Notes: generated by a model not told the origin, from the sequence alone. 32,950 nt of DNA from Leidyana gryllorum EB-2025a (GCA_048772705.1 JBLWGC010000098.1:1-32950); one strand, 5' to 3'. Counted from the first letter of the stretch, positions 20,522 through 29,974 are shown. Numbers and translations are program-made.

Positions 20522-20602
20522 GAAGATGGGCTGAAACGCTCGAAGATGTTGGACCAACATTCCTGACCACAAGGCAATGAATCTGGAACGGGGGATGGTT
20601 GT

Positions 20603-20675
20603 GGGCCTATGACGCACGGGAGCGCGTCTGACCCCAGCTTAGAAAGTTGGGTGTTTGAATCACTCAATCAGACCT
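20603..20675 (+). pseudogene. tRNA-Trp(CCA) relic
   Basis: Homologue of 22813-22885; followed by a T-run. Confidence 0.65.
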
Positions 20676-20701
20676 TATTTTTTCCCATATGGGGTGCAAC
20701 C

Positions 20702-20781
20702 TGATAAGAGTGGGTTTCGAACCCACGCCCTTTCGGACTGCGGCCTGAAAACTGCGCCTTAGACCACTCGGCAATGTTGCC
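20702..20781 (-). pseudogene. tRNA-Leu(CAG), broken anticodon stem
   Basis: Homologue of 9962-10040. Confidence 0.72.
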
Positions 20782-20876
20782 GCAGTATTGTTGGCTCGTC
20801 GCCCCACGCGTTTTCTGTCCGTGGACTTCCAAAATAGAAGGACTTCTGCGCTTGGAGGCCGGCGTGATTCCAAGCG

Positions 20877-20947
20877 TCCGAGATAGGTATAGTGGTTAGT
20901 ATGTCCGCCTGTCACGCAAATACCCGGGTTCGATTTCGGTCTCGGGA
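20877..20947 (+). pseudogene. tRNA-Asp(GTC), degenerate
   Basis: CT GTC AC loop; indels. Confidence 0.72.
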
Positions 20948-20999
20948 ACCGATCGTCTTCCGCTCTAGATTTCGTGGTGCTCACCTGAAAGATGCAAGT

Positions 21000-21072
21000 T
21001 ACAGCCACCGAGGATTGAACTCGGGACCTTCTGCGTATTAAGCAGACGTCGTGACCACTAGACCATGGCTGC
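21000..21072 (-). tRNA. tRNA-Val body with anticodon AAT
   Basis: Acceptor, anticodon and T stems paired; TCTGC TT AAT AC GCAGA; paralogue 32013-32085 has AAC. Confidence 0.75.
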
Positions 21073-21225
21073 ACGGAGCTTTCGGACTGCGAAAGGGGCG
21101 TGTGTCTTTGGAAACACGTACCCGGTGAGCCTGGTTTTTATGTACCGGCCTGTAGCCTCACAGAAAGTTGGACGGCCTCGAGTAGTCCAGACTCATCGCC
21201 TTGTATTCAGGAATGGAGGTGTCAC

Positions 21226-21296
21226 GCATCTGTGGTCTAGGGGTAGAATGTGTCGTTGCCACCGAGACGACCCAAGTTCGATTCCCGCCAGATGCA
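21226..21296 (+). pseudogene. tRNA-Gly(GCC), stem mismatches
   Basis: Homologue of 22126-22196. Confidence 0.75.
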
Positions 21297-21376
21297 GAGG
21301 AGCTGGCACATGGTTGATTGTGCCACCATTCTTGGGTTTCACGCGTGAGTTGGCAGACCCTTCCAATCACATCGCA

Positions 21377-21458
21377 TGACAACTGCTGGGTTTGAACCAG
21401 CGCGGGTCAGGCCCAGTAGATTTGTAGTCTACCTCATTAACCACTCGGGCAAGTTGCC
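21377..21458 (-). tRNA. tRNA-Ser body with anticodon ACA
   Basis: GTAGA CT ACA AA TCTAC; variable arm identical to Ser(CGA) 22261-22342; D stem and discriminator mutated. Confidence 0.65.
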
Positions 21459-21583
21459 ACCTGTCGAACTCGGCATTTTGCGGCCAGCGGGTTCACATAC
21501 GGTTCAGGAGCAAAGTGATCGATGCAGTTGGGAGATTGGTCATGCCATGTAAAAAGAACTGGATGTACTGGGGTTTGCTGAAT

Positions 21584-21656
21584 GGGCGACCCGCTCAAAT
21601 GGTAGAGCGCTCGCTTAGCATGCGAGTTGTACTGGGATCGATGCCCGGGTCGTCCA
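21584..21656 (+). tRNA. tRNA-Ala(AGC), U8A9>CC
   Basis: Stems paired, A-box damaged. Confidence 0.7.
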
Positions 21657-21771
21657 AAGTACGTACGGCTGCACGTGGCGGGATCCAAACCACCTTACAT
21701 CCTTGAAGGGTCGCAGACCACAAGTGCCATTGGGAGAGCAGCGCAGTCAATGTTTAGGGTGCCTCTGAAAG

Positions 21772-21840
21772 TGGTGCTGGCAGGTTTCGAACCTGCGACT
21801 TTGTGGTTAACAGCCACACGGTCGACTGAGCTACAAGATC
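21772..21840 (-). pseudogene. tRNA-Asn(GTT) with D-arm deletion
   Basis: Homologue of 2260-2332. Confidence 0.75.
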
Positions 21841-21957
21841 CAGCTACAATGTTTCAGAGGTTAATATAGAAACCCTCCTTTTTCTAGCGCAGGATCCTGC
21901 AACCCCTTGTGGTCAGGAATGTTGGTTTAACATCTTCCAGCGTTTCATCTCAACTTC

Positions 21958-22029
21958 AGCGCACGCGCGAAGTTGAACCACGGACTTGCTGATCTGCAGT
22001 CAACTGCTCTACCACTGAGTTAAGTACCC
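21958..22029 (-). pseudogene. tRNA-Cys(GCA), degenerate
   Basis: TTGA CT GCA GA TCAG; acceptor and T mismatches. Confidence 0.72.
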
Positions 22030-22125
22030 ACGAGGCGCCTCTCATACTCGCTCAACTTGACCCTGTCTTCTCATTCGAAGTAAAACGGCCGTTATTGTGT
22101 ACGAGCTCCAACAATAAGGTGTTAC

Positions 22126-22196
22126 GCATCTGTGGTCTAGTGGTAGAATGTCTCGTTGCCATCGAGACGACCCGGGTTCGATTCCCGGCAGATGCA
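22126..22196 (+). tRNA. tRNA-Gly(GCC)
   Basis: Intact cloverleaf GCATCTG/CAGATGC, TT GCC AT. Confidence 0.92.
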
Positions 22197-22260
22197 GAGC
22201 AGATAGCACATGGTTGAATTTTATGCGTGAGTTGGTGTTTGACCCTCCGATCACATCGCA

Positions 22261-22342
22261 CGACAACTGCTGGATTTGAACCAGCGCGGGTCAGGCCCAG
22301 TAGATTTCGAGTCTACCCCCTTAACCACTCGGGCAAGTTGCC
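22261..22342 (-). tRNA. tRNA-Ser(CGA)
   Basis: Intact; long variable arm, G73, CT CGA AA. Confidence 0.9.
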
Positions 22343-22405
22343 AACGGTCGAACTCGGCATGCCGCAGACAGTGGCTTCACATACGGTTCAGCAAGCTTGA
22401 ATCGG

Positions 22406-22476
22406 ACCGCTCGCGCTGCCCGAACCCGCGAATTCTCCATTGCAACTCTTGCGCTCTACGGACTGAGCTGGGTGGC
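22406..22476 (-). pseudogene. tRNA-Lys relic
   Basis: Lys D arm and T arm recognisable; anticodon arm scrambled. Confidence 0.55.
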
Positions 22477-22570
22477 AAGGAAGCTCGGGCTTAATAACGG
22501 ATTCCATGCGTATTGGTCGTGGAATGTTGGGGCTTCCTCGGGGGCAACTCTGTATCGAGATCCACTCCCT

Positions 22571-22644
22571 TGGTCACGCCCGCGCTTGAACCGGGGACCT
22601 TGAGCTTATTAGGCTCAAGCTCTAACCGACTGAGCTACGCGACC
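22571..22644 (-). tRNA. tRNA-Ile(AAT), C61>G
   Basis: GGTCGCG/CGTGACC, TGAGC CT AAT AA GCTCA. Confidence 0.8.
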
Positions 22645-22812
22645 ACTGCTGCGACGACAGATGGCACCGACCCGGATGCTGGATCCCCCGAGGTGGAATC
22701 AAACATCAAAGCCATTTAGACACTGGCGGAGAGCTGTAGACGGCGCAGCGCTGGAAGGGCGTCGACCCGAATTCCACTCTTGTCAGGTTGCGCCCCATAC
22801 GGGAAGAACATG

Positions 22813-22885
22813 AGGTCTGATTGAGTGATTCGAACACCCAAATTTCTGAGCTGGAGTCAGACGCGCTACATTCCGCCATAGGCCC
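22813..22885 (-). pseudogene. tRNA-Trp(CCA), degenerate
   Basis: TCTGA CT CCA GC TCAGA, GTTCGAATC; D-loop and acceptor altered. Confidence 0.72.
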
Positions 22886-23025
22886 AAAATTATGCCGCGC
22901 TCCAGACTCATTGCATTGTGGTCAGGATGGAGATCCAACATCTTCGAGCGTTTCAGGCCATCTTCAAAGCAGCCGCGGAGTTCAACCACCAGTACCGCAG
23001 TCAATGTCTAGGGTGCCTCTGAAGC

Positions 23026-23098
23026 CGGTCCTGGCAGGTTTTGAACCTGCGACCTCGTGGTTAACAGCCACACGCTCTGCCGACTAAGCTACAAGACC
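23026..23098 (-). tRNA. tRNA-Asn(GTT)
   Basis: Paired cloverleaf, few transitions. Confidence 0.85.
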
Positions 23099-23214
23099 CG
23101 CTTACAATGTTTCAGAGGTCAGTAGAGAGACCCTCCACTTTCTACTGCAGGATTCTGCAATCCCTTTGTTGAAGGTTGACCCGACAGACCACGTCTTGTT
23201 AAGAGGGTACGGCT

Positions 23215-23281
23215 CTGTAGTCTAAGTGGCTAGGATATGCGGCTTTCAGCCGCACGATCCGGTTTCACGTCCGCCAGTGGT
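23215..23281 (+). pseudogene. tRNA-Glu(TTC) relic
   Basis: 5' end deleted, T arm damaged. Confidence 0.68.
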
Positions 23282-23354
23282 CATTCAACTACTCAAGCAA
23301 AGTGCTCCACTAATCTCCGTCGATAGCGATTTTTCGTTATACCCGGCTTACATT

Positions 23355-23426
23355 GCCTTTTTAGCTTAGGGGCAGAGCGTTCGCTTCGTAAGCGAGAAGT
23401 CGCCGGTTTGATTCCGGCAGAGGGCT
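23355..23426 (+). tRNA. tRNA-Thr(CGT), C56>T
   Basis: Near-identical to 26514-26585. Confidence 0.78.
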
Positions 23427-23483
23427 TGACTGCATCGACTGGGCACCTGCAAAGCTCAAGTCTCTCAAGCTCCAATCATCGTA

Positions 23484-23561
23484 GCCTCGTAGCTCAGTCA
23501 GCAGAGGGTAAGTCTTTCAGCCACAAAGTCGCGCGTTTGGAACCTGCCAGTACCTGAGGCA
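23484..23561 (+). other. Chimeric tRNA-like element, copy 2 of 3
   Basis: Homologue of 2967-3045 in the same flank. Confidence 0.6.
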
Positions 23562-23620
23562 CCCACTAGCTTAAGGCAGACTGCGGCCGAGTCTCGGGGT
23601 GCTGAAGCTCTTTCTTGAGT

Positions 23621-23691
23621 GCACTTGTGGTCCAAGGGTAGGATGCGAGCTTCCCATGCTCGCAGCCCGGGTTCGAGTCCCGGCAGGTGCA
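23621..23691 (+). tRNA. tRNA-Gly(CCC)
   Basis: GCACTTG/CAGGTGC, CGAGC TT CCC AT GCTCG, GGTTCGAGTCC. Confidence 0.88.
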
Positions 23692-23770
23692 GCCGATCGT
23701 ACAGATTTGACCATGGCTGCAACGATATTTTCAACATTCCGGGGCGAAGAGCAATGCACTTTAGACTGCT

Positions 23771-23842
23771 TGTCCGAGCCAGGAATTGAGCCTGGGTTTG
23801 CACGGCCACAACGTGCTGTCCTAACCACTAGACGACTCGGAT
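23771..23842 (-). tRNA. tRNA-His(GTG), G1>A and T54>C
   Basis: Best His copy in window; stems otherwise paired. Confidence 0.78.
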
Positions 23843-24111
23843 AATCTTTGAGCGAGGCTGTAGAGGTAGCGAAGCATCGATCAGGATGGAATGGAACAGG
23901 AGTGTCAGACGAACTACGTTGTAAGAAGTCCACTCCTCAACCCGCGGCGCGAAGGAGTTTGCTCGTCGAATATTTGATGCCACCACTACAATCACATGCG
24001 TTGCCATGTAAGCAACTCGGGCCGTAAAAGTACTTCGGGGCGGTACACTCAGAACGACATCGACGTCACAACGGAAGCCATTAACACTCTGGAACTCAGA
24101 AATAAAGTAAC

Positions 24112-24194
24112 GCACAGATGCCCGAGTGGTCTAGGGGCCAGACTCAAGTTCTGGTAGGCGCAAGTCTGCATGGGTTCGAATCCCATTTTGTGCA
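24112..24194 (+). tRNA. tRNA-Leu(CAA)
   Basis: CCAGA CT CAA GT TCTGG, long variable arm, A73. Confidence 0.87.
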
Positions 24195-24283
24195 ACGGCG
24201 ATCATCCTCAAGAATAGGCTGGAGAAGGCCACAGTGGATTCGAGTCTCCATTTGTATATCCGGTTGCATGCACCCAAGTATTC

Positions 24284-24346
24284 GGCTGTTGCTCTGGATC
24301 CTTTCTTGGGGTGGAAGCGTCCTGGGTTCGATTCGCAGAACAGCCC
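24284..24346 (+). pseudogene. tRNA-Pro with D-arm deletion
   Basis: Pro ends and T arm retained. Confidence 0.65.
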
Positions 24347-24481
24347 TAATGGTCGTCGGTTAAACCGACGGGACAAGTTGCCCTCAGAACCGACCACCTC
24401 GTTAGCCCACTTCGGTAAGGCAGTCAGGGAACTAAGATCTCGAGAATCGCATTTCGGCTACTTCTTACATGTTGCAGACTG

Positions 24482-24553
24482 AGCAGTGTAGCTCAGTGGA
24501 AGAGTGTTGGGCTTATAACCCAAAGGTCCGTCGATCGAAAGGACGCACTGCTA
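24482..24553 (+). tRNA. Initiator tRNA-Met body with anticodon TAT
   Basis: A1:U72, three G:C pairs in anticodon stem, GATCGAAA T-loop; CT TAT AA; C61>G. Confidence 0.75.
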
Positions 24554-24602
24554 AATGTGCGCAAAAGGGAAACAGCTTCAGAATAGATCGGCTTGTGTGC
24601 AA

Positions 24603-24674
24603 AGCCTTCTACCGGAATCGAACCCGCGACCTTTCGCTTACTGAGCGAATGCTCTGCCCCTAAGCTATGAAGGC
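24603..24674 (-). pseudogene. tRNA-Thr(AGT), U33>C and mismatches
   Basis: Homologue of 2837-2908. Confidence 0.75.
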
Positions 24675-24805
24675 AATGTTAGCTGGAGATCACGCATCAG
24701 TCACCATTGACTGACTGAAGTTACTGGAGCACATTGCACGGGTTCAATGACTTCCACTGCTCCACCCAACGGTAAATAGGGTGTAACTAAGTTTAGAGCT
24801 TCCTT

Positions 24806-24878
24806 GCCGCCCTAGATCAGTCGGTAGAGCGCAAGACTTTTAATCTTGCAGTCGCGGGTTCGAGCCCCGCGGGCGGTG
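24806..24878 (+). tRNA. tRNA-Lys(TTT)
   Basis: CAAGA CT TTT AA TCTTG; one D-stem mismatch. Confidence 0.85.
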
Positions 24879-24936
24879 CTAGGCAAGCTTGATAGCCGTA
24901 TGAGGAGCCACTGCCGCGCATGTCGACTTGAAATGG

Positions 24937-24996
24937 TAGTGGTATGGTTCTTCCTTCGGGTGGAAGAAGTCCTGGGTTCGATTCCCAGAACAGCCC
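24937..24996 (+). pseudogene. tRNA-Pro(CGG), 5' truncated
   Basis: Begins in D-loop; marks a module junction. Confidence 0.75.
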
Positions 24997-25097
24997 GTCT
25001 GATAGCTGTTGACGCAACACGGCACTCGACCCATCCCGAACAGCTAAGACAGGATCTGAGTTGTTGACTCAACAGGCTGCAACGCGGCCATTCGCCC

Positions 25098-25170
25098 AGA
25101 CGCTACCGGGACTCGAACCCAGAATCCCCGGTTCCGTAGACCGATGCCATATCCATTAGGCCATAGCGCC
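25098..25170 (-). tRNA. tRNA-Arg(ACG)
   Basis: Intact cloverleaf, TCGGT CT ACG GA ACCGG. Confidence 0.92.
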
Positions 25171-25403
25171 GACTAGCGGAGCCGTCAAATGGAAGTGTGA
25201 AGCGATAAAGACAGGACATGGGCAGCTACGCCCGATGGTGGGTCTGGACAGACTTCACCCACATCTCCCATTCGAGATATCGCGGACATACTATCCAAGC
25301 CAGGATTCGGGCCTGGGTATGCACGGGCACAACTTGCTGAGGCTGGTGGGTACCAAAGCCACTTTAGATGTCAGGCTATCGGGTTTTGTGTCCTTGCTTT
25401 CTT

Positions 25404-25476
25404 GCCGCCGTAGCTCAGTCGGTAGAGCGCAAGAGTCTTAATCTTGCAGTCGCAGGTTCGAGCCCCGCGGGAGGTG
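25404..25476 (+). pseudogene. tRNA-Lys(CTT), stem mismatches
   Basis: Lys body, GT CTT AA loop. Confidence 0.75.
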
Positions 25477-25524
25477 TGGATCTATCTCCCTAAAGTAAGA
25501 ATGGAACAGCACATTCAGCTGGAT

Positions 25525-25597
25525 TTCCACTGCCGAGACTTGAACCCGGACTGTGCGGGTGAGAGCCGCATATCCTAGCCACTTAGACTACAGTGGA
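25525..25597 (-). tRNA. tRNA-Glu(CTC)
   Basis: Paired cloverleaf, CT CTC AC. Confidence 0.87.
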
Positions 25598-25677
25598 CAA
25601 GTGCCCGAGTTGAGGCTTTGGGGAGAGCCGTACCATCTTGAGATGACGTGTTTTGCCGAGTCAGCCAACAACAAAGC

Positions 25678-25749
25678 GGGCTTTTGTGGGAATCGAACCC
25701 AGGACTTCTTCCACCCGAAGGAAGAGTCATGCCACTAGACCAAACAGCC
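25678..25749 (-). pseudogene. tRNA-Pro(CGG), acceptor and T mismatches
   Basis: Homologue of 488-559. Confidence 0.75.
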
Positions 25750-25862
25750 GGTGCATCAGACAGTACAATTGACTTGGTATAGCGTCCAGTGTAGAGCGAG
25801 AACGAGTCGGGCAGAAACCTCATTTCAATCATTGAAGCAGTTGCGCTCTCCCCGAATGCTAC

Positions 25863-25944
25863 GGATAAGAGTGAGATTCGAATCCACGCAGGTGAAACCC
25901 AACGGCTTAGCAGGTCGCCGCCTCAAGCACTGGGCCACCTTGCC
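25863..25944 (-). pseudogene. tRNA-Ser(GCT), degenerate
   Basis: CT GCT AA, long variable arm; D-loop and T-stem damaged. Confidence 0.72.
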
Positions 25945-26264
25945 GAGAGTGGAACGCGGGAATCCCGTGCGAATTGTAAGTGGTGTGGGTACAACCCCTA
26001 CTCCATGTCAGTATTAGGCTGTGGAATGACTGTTCGACGGGGTGGACGAGGCCAATCATGGTGCTTTGCTGAGCACATCAGTCGGCTGTTTGGTCCAGTG
26101 ACTGTTTACCGAAACTCTGCGTATTTTCGGTCAGTTAAGATGTGAGCCTAACAAGTTCCTCGTATGGGGTTCGAGCCCCGGCCCCACTAAGCGAGTGTGT
26201 TGTGGATACAGCATCCTCGTGCACCCTTTTGACAGGAGGAGATGCATCGAGAGAAGTATTACTA

Positions 26265-26337
26265 GGGAGTGTAGCGCAGTCGGTAGAGCGTGGGTCTCAT
26301 AATCCGGAAGTCGAGAGTTCGATCCTCTCCACTCCCA
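26265..26337 (+). tRNA. tRNA-Met(CAT), stem mismatches
   Basis: Homologue of 338-410. Confidence 0.78.
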
Positions 26338-26381
26338 GGGTCGGAATCGGAACCGCCGACGAACTCATCATGCTATCATTT

Positions 26382-26446
26382 TGCATCTGTCGGGAATCGG
26401 GTTATCTCGATGCCCGCGAGAGAGTTTTCCACTAGACCGCAGATGC
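26382..26446 (-). pseudogene. tRNA-Gly relic
   Basis: T-arm deletion, anticodon changed. Confidence 0.68.
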
Positions 26447-26513
26447 AGAACACCATCCTGTTCAATCTTGTACGTGATGGCAGCCATTCCTTATAAGTCT
26501 ATCGATGCATCAA

Positions 26514-26585
26514 AGCCTTCTGCCGGAATCGAACCGGCGACTTCTCGCTTACGAAGCGAACGCTCTGCCCCTAAGCTAAGAAGGC
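26514..26585 (-). tRNA. tRNA-Thr(CGT)
   Basis: Intact cloverleaf. Confidence 0.92.
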
Positions 26586-26660
26586 AATGTAAGCCGGGTA
26601 TAACGAAAAATCGCTATCGACGGAGATTAGTGGAGCACTTTGCTTGAGTAGTTGAATGAC

Positions 26661-26734
26661 TTCCACTGCCGGAACTTGATCCCGGATCGTGCGGCTCAAG
26701 AGCCGCATATCCTAGCCACTTAGTATACAGTGGA
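26661..26734 (-). pseudogene. tRNA-Glu pseudogene
   Basis: Glu body, 8-nt altered anticodon loop, T54>A. Confidence 0.72.
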
Positions 26735-26807
26735 CGACTCACTCAGCTGCAGCTTAAGCCGAGAGCCGTACCCTCTTAACAAGACGTGGTCTGTCGGGTC
26801 AACCGGG

Positions 26808-26884
26808 TGCCTCAGGTACTGATAGGTTCCAGTCTGCGACTTTGTGGCTAAGAGACTTACCCTCTGGTGGCTGAACTACGAGGC
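26808..26884 (-). other. Chimeric tRNA-like element, copy 3 of 3
   Basis: Homologue of 2967-3045, inverted, same flank. Confidence 0.6.
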
Positions 26885-26945
26885 TCGGCTAAGATGATTG
26901 GAGCTTGAGAGACTTGAGCTTTGCAGGTGCCCGTCGATGCAGTCA

Positions 26946-27017
26946 AGCCTTCTGCCGGAATCGAACTGGCGACCTTTCGCTTACTGAGCGAATGCTCTGC
27001 CCCTAAGCTAAGAAGGC
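26946..27017 (-). tRNA. tRNA-Thr(AGT), U33>C
   Basis: Homologue of 2837-2908; one T-stem mismatch. Confidence 0.78.
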
Positions 27018-27085
27018 ATTCGATGTCTCGATCCATATGAGGGTCTGATGCTGGGAATAGCTCAGACCCCTCCAATCACATCGCA

Positions 27086-27168
27086 CGACAACTGCTGGAT
27101 CTGCACCAGCGCGGCCCAGGCCCAGTTGGATCCCAATCTACCCCTCTTCCCCACTCGAGCAAGTTGGC
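27086..27168 (-). pseudogene. tRNA-Ser relic
   Basis: Degraded homologue of 22261-22342. Confidence 0.62.
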
Positions 27169-27234
27169 AACTGTCGATTCCGGCATGCGGCCGCGATAAA
27201 TGCTCATTTTCACCGCCTTCCGTGACTACCTACC

Positions 27235-27307
27235 GCCTCGGTAGCTCAGTTGGGAGAGCGCCAGACTGAAGATCTGGAAGTCCCGTGTTCGATCCACGGC
27301 TGAGGCA
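27235..27307 (+). tRNA. tRNA-Phe(GAA)
   Basis: Intact cloverleaf, CCAGA CT GAA GA TCTGG. Confidence 0.92.
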
Positions 27308-27630
27308 AAGAGGTTGTGACATTTGGTGTCATTCCTCGCAGCCGTGCGACTCGAGCTTGCCAGCAGCGTTCCGCAGATTTTCAATGGCAATCGTCCACTC
27401 ATCAAGCACCGCATGCAATAGCTCTTCGAAGTTGGAGACCGCTGGCTCAATGGGTAGAGTGCTCATTGACATGCGAGATGAGATCGATAGACAGGTCGTC
27501 CGACTTGCATACGGCTGCACCTGCGGGAACTCAGTCCGCTCTACGACCTCAGCACGGTCGCATTTTGCCCTCAGACCACAAGTGCAGTCGAAAGATCGAC
27601 AGAGGCTGTAGCACTCAGAGAGACACGAGG

Positions 27631-27683
27631 AGAGTGTTGGGCTCATGACCCAAAGTTCCGTCGATCGAAACGACGCACTGCTG
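27631..27683 (+). pseudogene. Initiator tRNA-Met(CAT), 3' two-thirds
   Basis: TTGGG CT CAT GA CCCAA, CGTCG ATCGAAA CGACG; 5' end lost. Confidence 0.72.
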
Positions 27684-28006
27684 AGCGTCCGCAGGAGGAC
27701 ACACCTAGAAAATGCTTCACAGGCGTCTTTTTGCTTCAAGAGGTCCCCGACCTGGGTATCGACCCCCGCACATTTGGCCTGCAAAGTCATCTCTCTGGCA
27801 CTTGAGATAGCCGCCTATCCGCCAAACCCAAGTGAACTTTCCCGGCCTCGCTTCCTCAACAGTGGCACTTCGAGCTCTCAAGCTCAGCACTGCGACACAG
27901 ATCGCGGTGTGGCCCGCGGTGCCGAACTTGAGTTTGGATGGCGCAAGTCTGCATGGCTCGGAATGGCAGTCACTCTTCTCGATTCCACTGTTGAGCGAGA
28001 CCAGAG

Positions 28007-28076
28007 AACGGTGGGCGGAACTCGAACCCACAACCTTTGCCTCCGGGCAACACGCTATCCATTACGCCACCACCGC
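28007..28076 (-). pseudogene. tRNA-Arg relic with anticodon-arm deletion
   Basis: Related to 11385-11457. Confidence 0.62.
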
Positions 28077-28252
28077 ACAACCCACAACCTCACTGTCTTA
28101 CACGCCTGAGTCGTCAGTATCGCCTGGCCCCACTGGTTCGAATCTAGTAGCTGTCGAGTGACATGGCAGGCGGAGTTCAAAAGACTCGTTATCTTATTCG
28201 AACAGGGGATGAGTGTATCAACTCTCCTAGAACCTCGTCAGCGCCTAGCAAA

Positions 28253-28324
28253 AGGCTGTTTTGGGAATCGAACCCAGGACTCCTGCCACCCTTAGGAAGG
28301 ATCATACCACTAGACCAGACAGCC
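28253..28324 (-). pseudogene. tRNA-Pro(AGG), U33>A
   Basis: Homologue of 32656-32727. Confidence 0.72.
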
Positions 28325-28572
28325 GAATGGGAAGGGGGATACAACCGGCTACGTACAGCCGTAGACTCGAAGTGATGGGTGAATCCGCCCTGGAATGATT
28401 ACCATTGCACAGAATGGGTTCCGCACCGATGCAGACTTGCGCCCACCAGAATGCCCTAGTGGGTAAGGCGCTGTGTTCACACCCCACTCACATGGTCGTT
28501 AGTATCTTTCGCCCGCCTTTAAGGGCACTGGCTACCCGAAGAAACCCAGACTAATTATTTCGATGCTGAATT

Positions 28573-28653
28573 GCGAGAATGCCCGAGAGGTTAATGGGGT
28601 GGCCTTAAGATCCACTAGTTAATTCCGCGTGGGTTCGAACCCCACTTCTCGCA
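28573..28653 (+). tRNA. tRNA-Leu(TAA), degenerate
   Basis: GCGAGAA/TTCTCGC acceptor and T arm perfect; CT TAA GA; variable arm poorly paired. Confidence 0.7.
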
Positions 28654-29081
28654 TAAGAAGTCGAGTGTCGGTGGGAGAAAAGGTGAACTACCCGCCGCAC
28701 CCGCCGTAGTCAGATGCTGTACCAAGTGAGCGAACGCCCGTCGTGTGACCCTTGTACATCGAGGTTGCTCCCGAACAGCCTCTATGAGCACCGCTCGCGG
28801 TGCTGCAACCCGCGACTGCAACACGCGAAGAGGCTTTCGCTGTCTATCCATTTCGCCATGTGGGCTGTTGTGCTCCAGGGTGAGTGCCGACTGTCGAGTT
28901 CGTTCCCCCTTTTTTCCTTTTCTAAAAAGCATCTAAGTTGGACCTAACGCTACCTATGTGCTACAGCTAAGGTCTTGCCTCAAATGTCTTGGCGCGCGCG
29001 TGTACAGCCTTCACCTGCACACGTATGGACAAGACTTACCTTAAGCAGCCAGTCCCGTTGACAATGCCGTGGAGTCAGGCT

Positions 29082-29494
29082 TGTCCGCGGGGAGACTCGA
29101 ACCACCGACCTTCAGAACATAAGTCCGTAGTCATTACCATTGTGCTATTGGCGCAGTCGCCGAACATGTCGTGGCACTGCAGACCAGTGTGCAGCTTAGA
29201 CGTGCGTGTACGACGCTGTGGGGCCTCCTGGGGGCTCCCCCACCCGTCCTCCATCCTCGACCTGCCCTCACCCGTCACCTGGGGGTCTTGGCACAGTTGT
29301 CCGAGGTGGGATTCGATCCGCCGACCTGCGGGTCCCAAGTCCGAGTAGTTACCACTGCACTACTGGATCACAATACTAAGGGCAGCCATGTGCCGGTCGA
29401 GGTGGCTAGCCAAGGGCGAAGTGCAGGGCCGTGGATTCGATCCTGCGACCTCCAGGTTGCGAGCACAAGACACTTCCCATTGCACTAACTGGTA
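29082..29494 (-). other. Three tandem tRNA-like heads of unassigned identity (29082-29154, 29298-29369, 29422-29494)
   Basis: Related A-box (TAGYRCARTGG) and B-box (GGWTCGARTC) at tRNA spacing; acceptor stems do not pair. Confidence 0.55.
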
Positions 29495-29841
29495 CACCAC
29501 AACATGGGCCGGCAGCATTTCAACAACGTTGGCCAGACAAGACAGAGGGCAAGTGTACGCTCCACTCGATATATCAAACAGTCCCTGCGTTCATGGTCTA
29601 GCTGTCACGAAGTCTCTCCAGGCAGGGAGTCATGATCGATCCTCGGTGGCTGGAGCTCGCATCTTTTGAGTGAGCACCGAACGAAGTCTATAGCGAAACG
29701 AGCTGTGCTGTAAGACCGGCAATCATACACAGGTCTTCCGCGTGACCGGCGGAAATACTAAAGACTTTGGTGGACCTGTCCGATGACTTGCATGGCTCCA
29801 CCCTGAGGCAGATAGACTGTAACTAAGTTTCGAGTTTCCTT

Positions 29842-29914
29842 GTCGTCCTAGCTCAGTCGGTAGAGCGCAAGCCTCTTAATCTTGCAGTCGCAGATTGAAG
29901 TCCCGTGGGCGGTG
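29842..29914 (+). pseudogene. tRNA-Lys(CTT) pseudogene
   Basis: T arm destroyed. Confidence 0.72.
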
Positions 29915-29974
29915 CGGATCAATGAGTCGGGAGTAAGAATGCAGTATGTTGCCTACAAGCACACCCAACTGCAT

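Larger units (their letters stand above)
24940..25620. repeat. Module Pro-Arg(-)-His relic-Lys-Glu(-)
   Basis: Inverted copy at ~30605-31335; direct partial copy at ~32680-32950. Confidence 0.85.
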
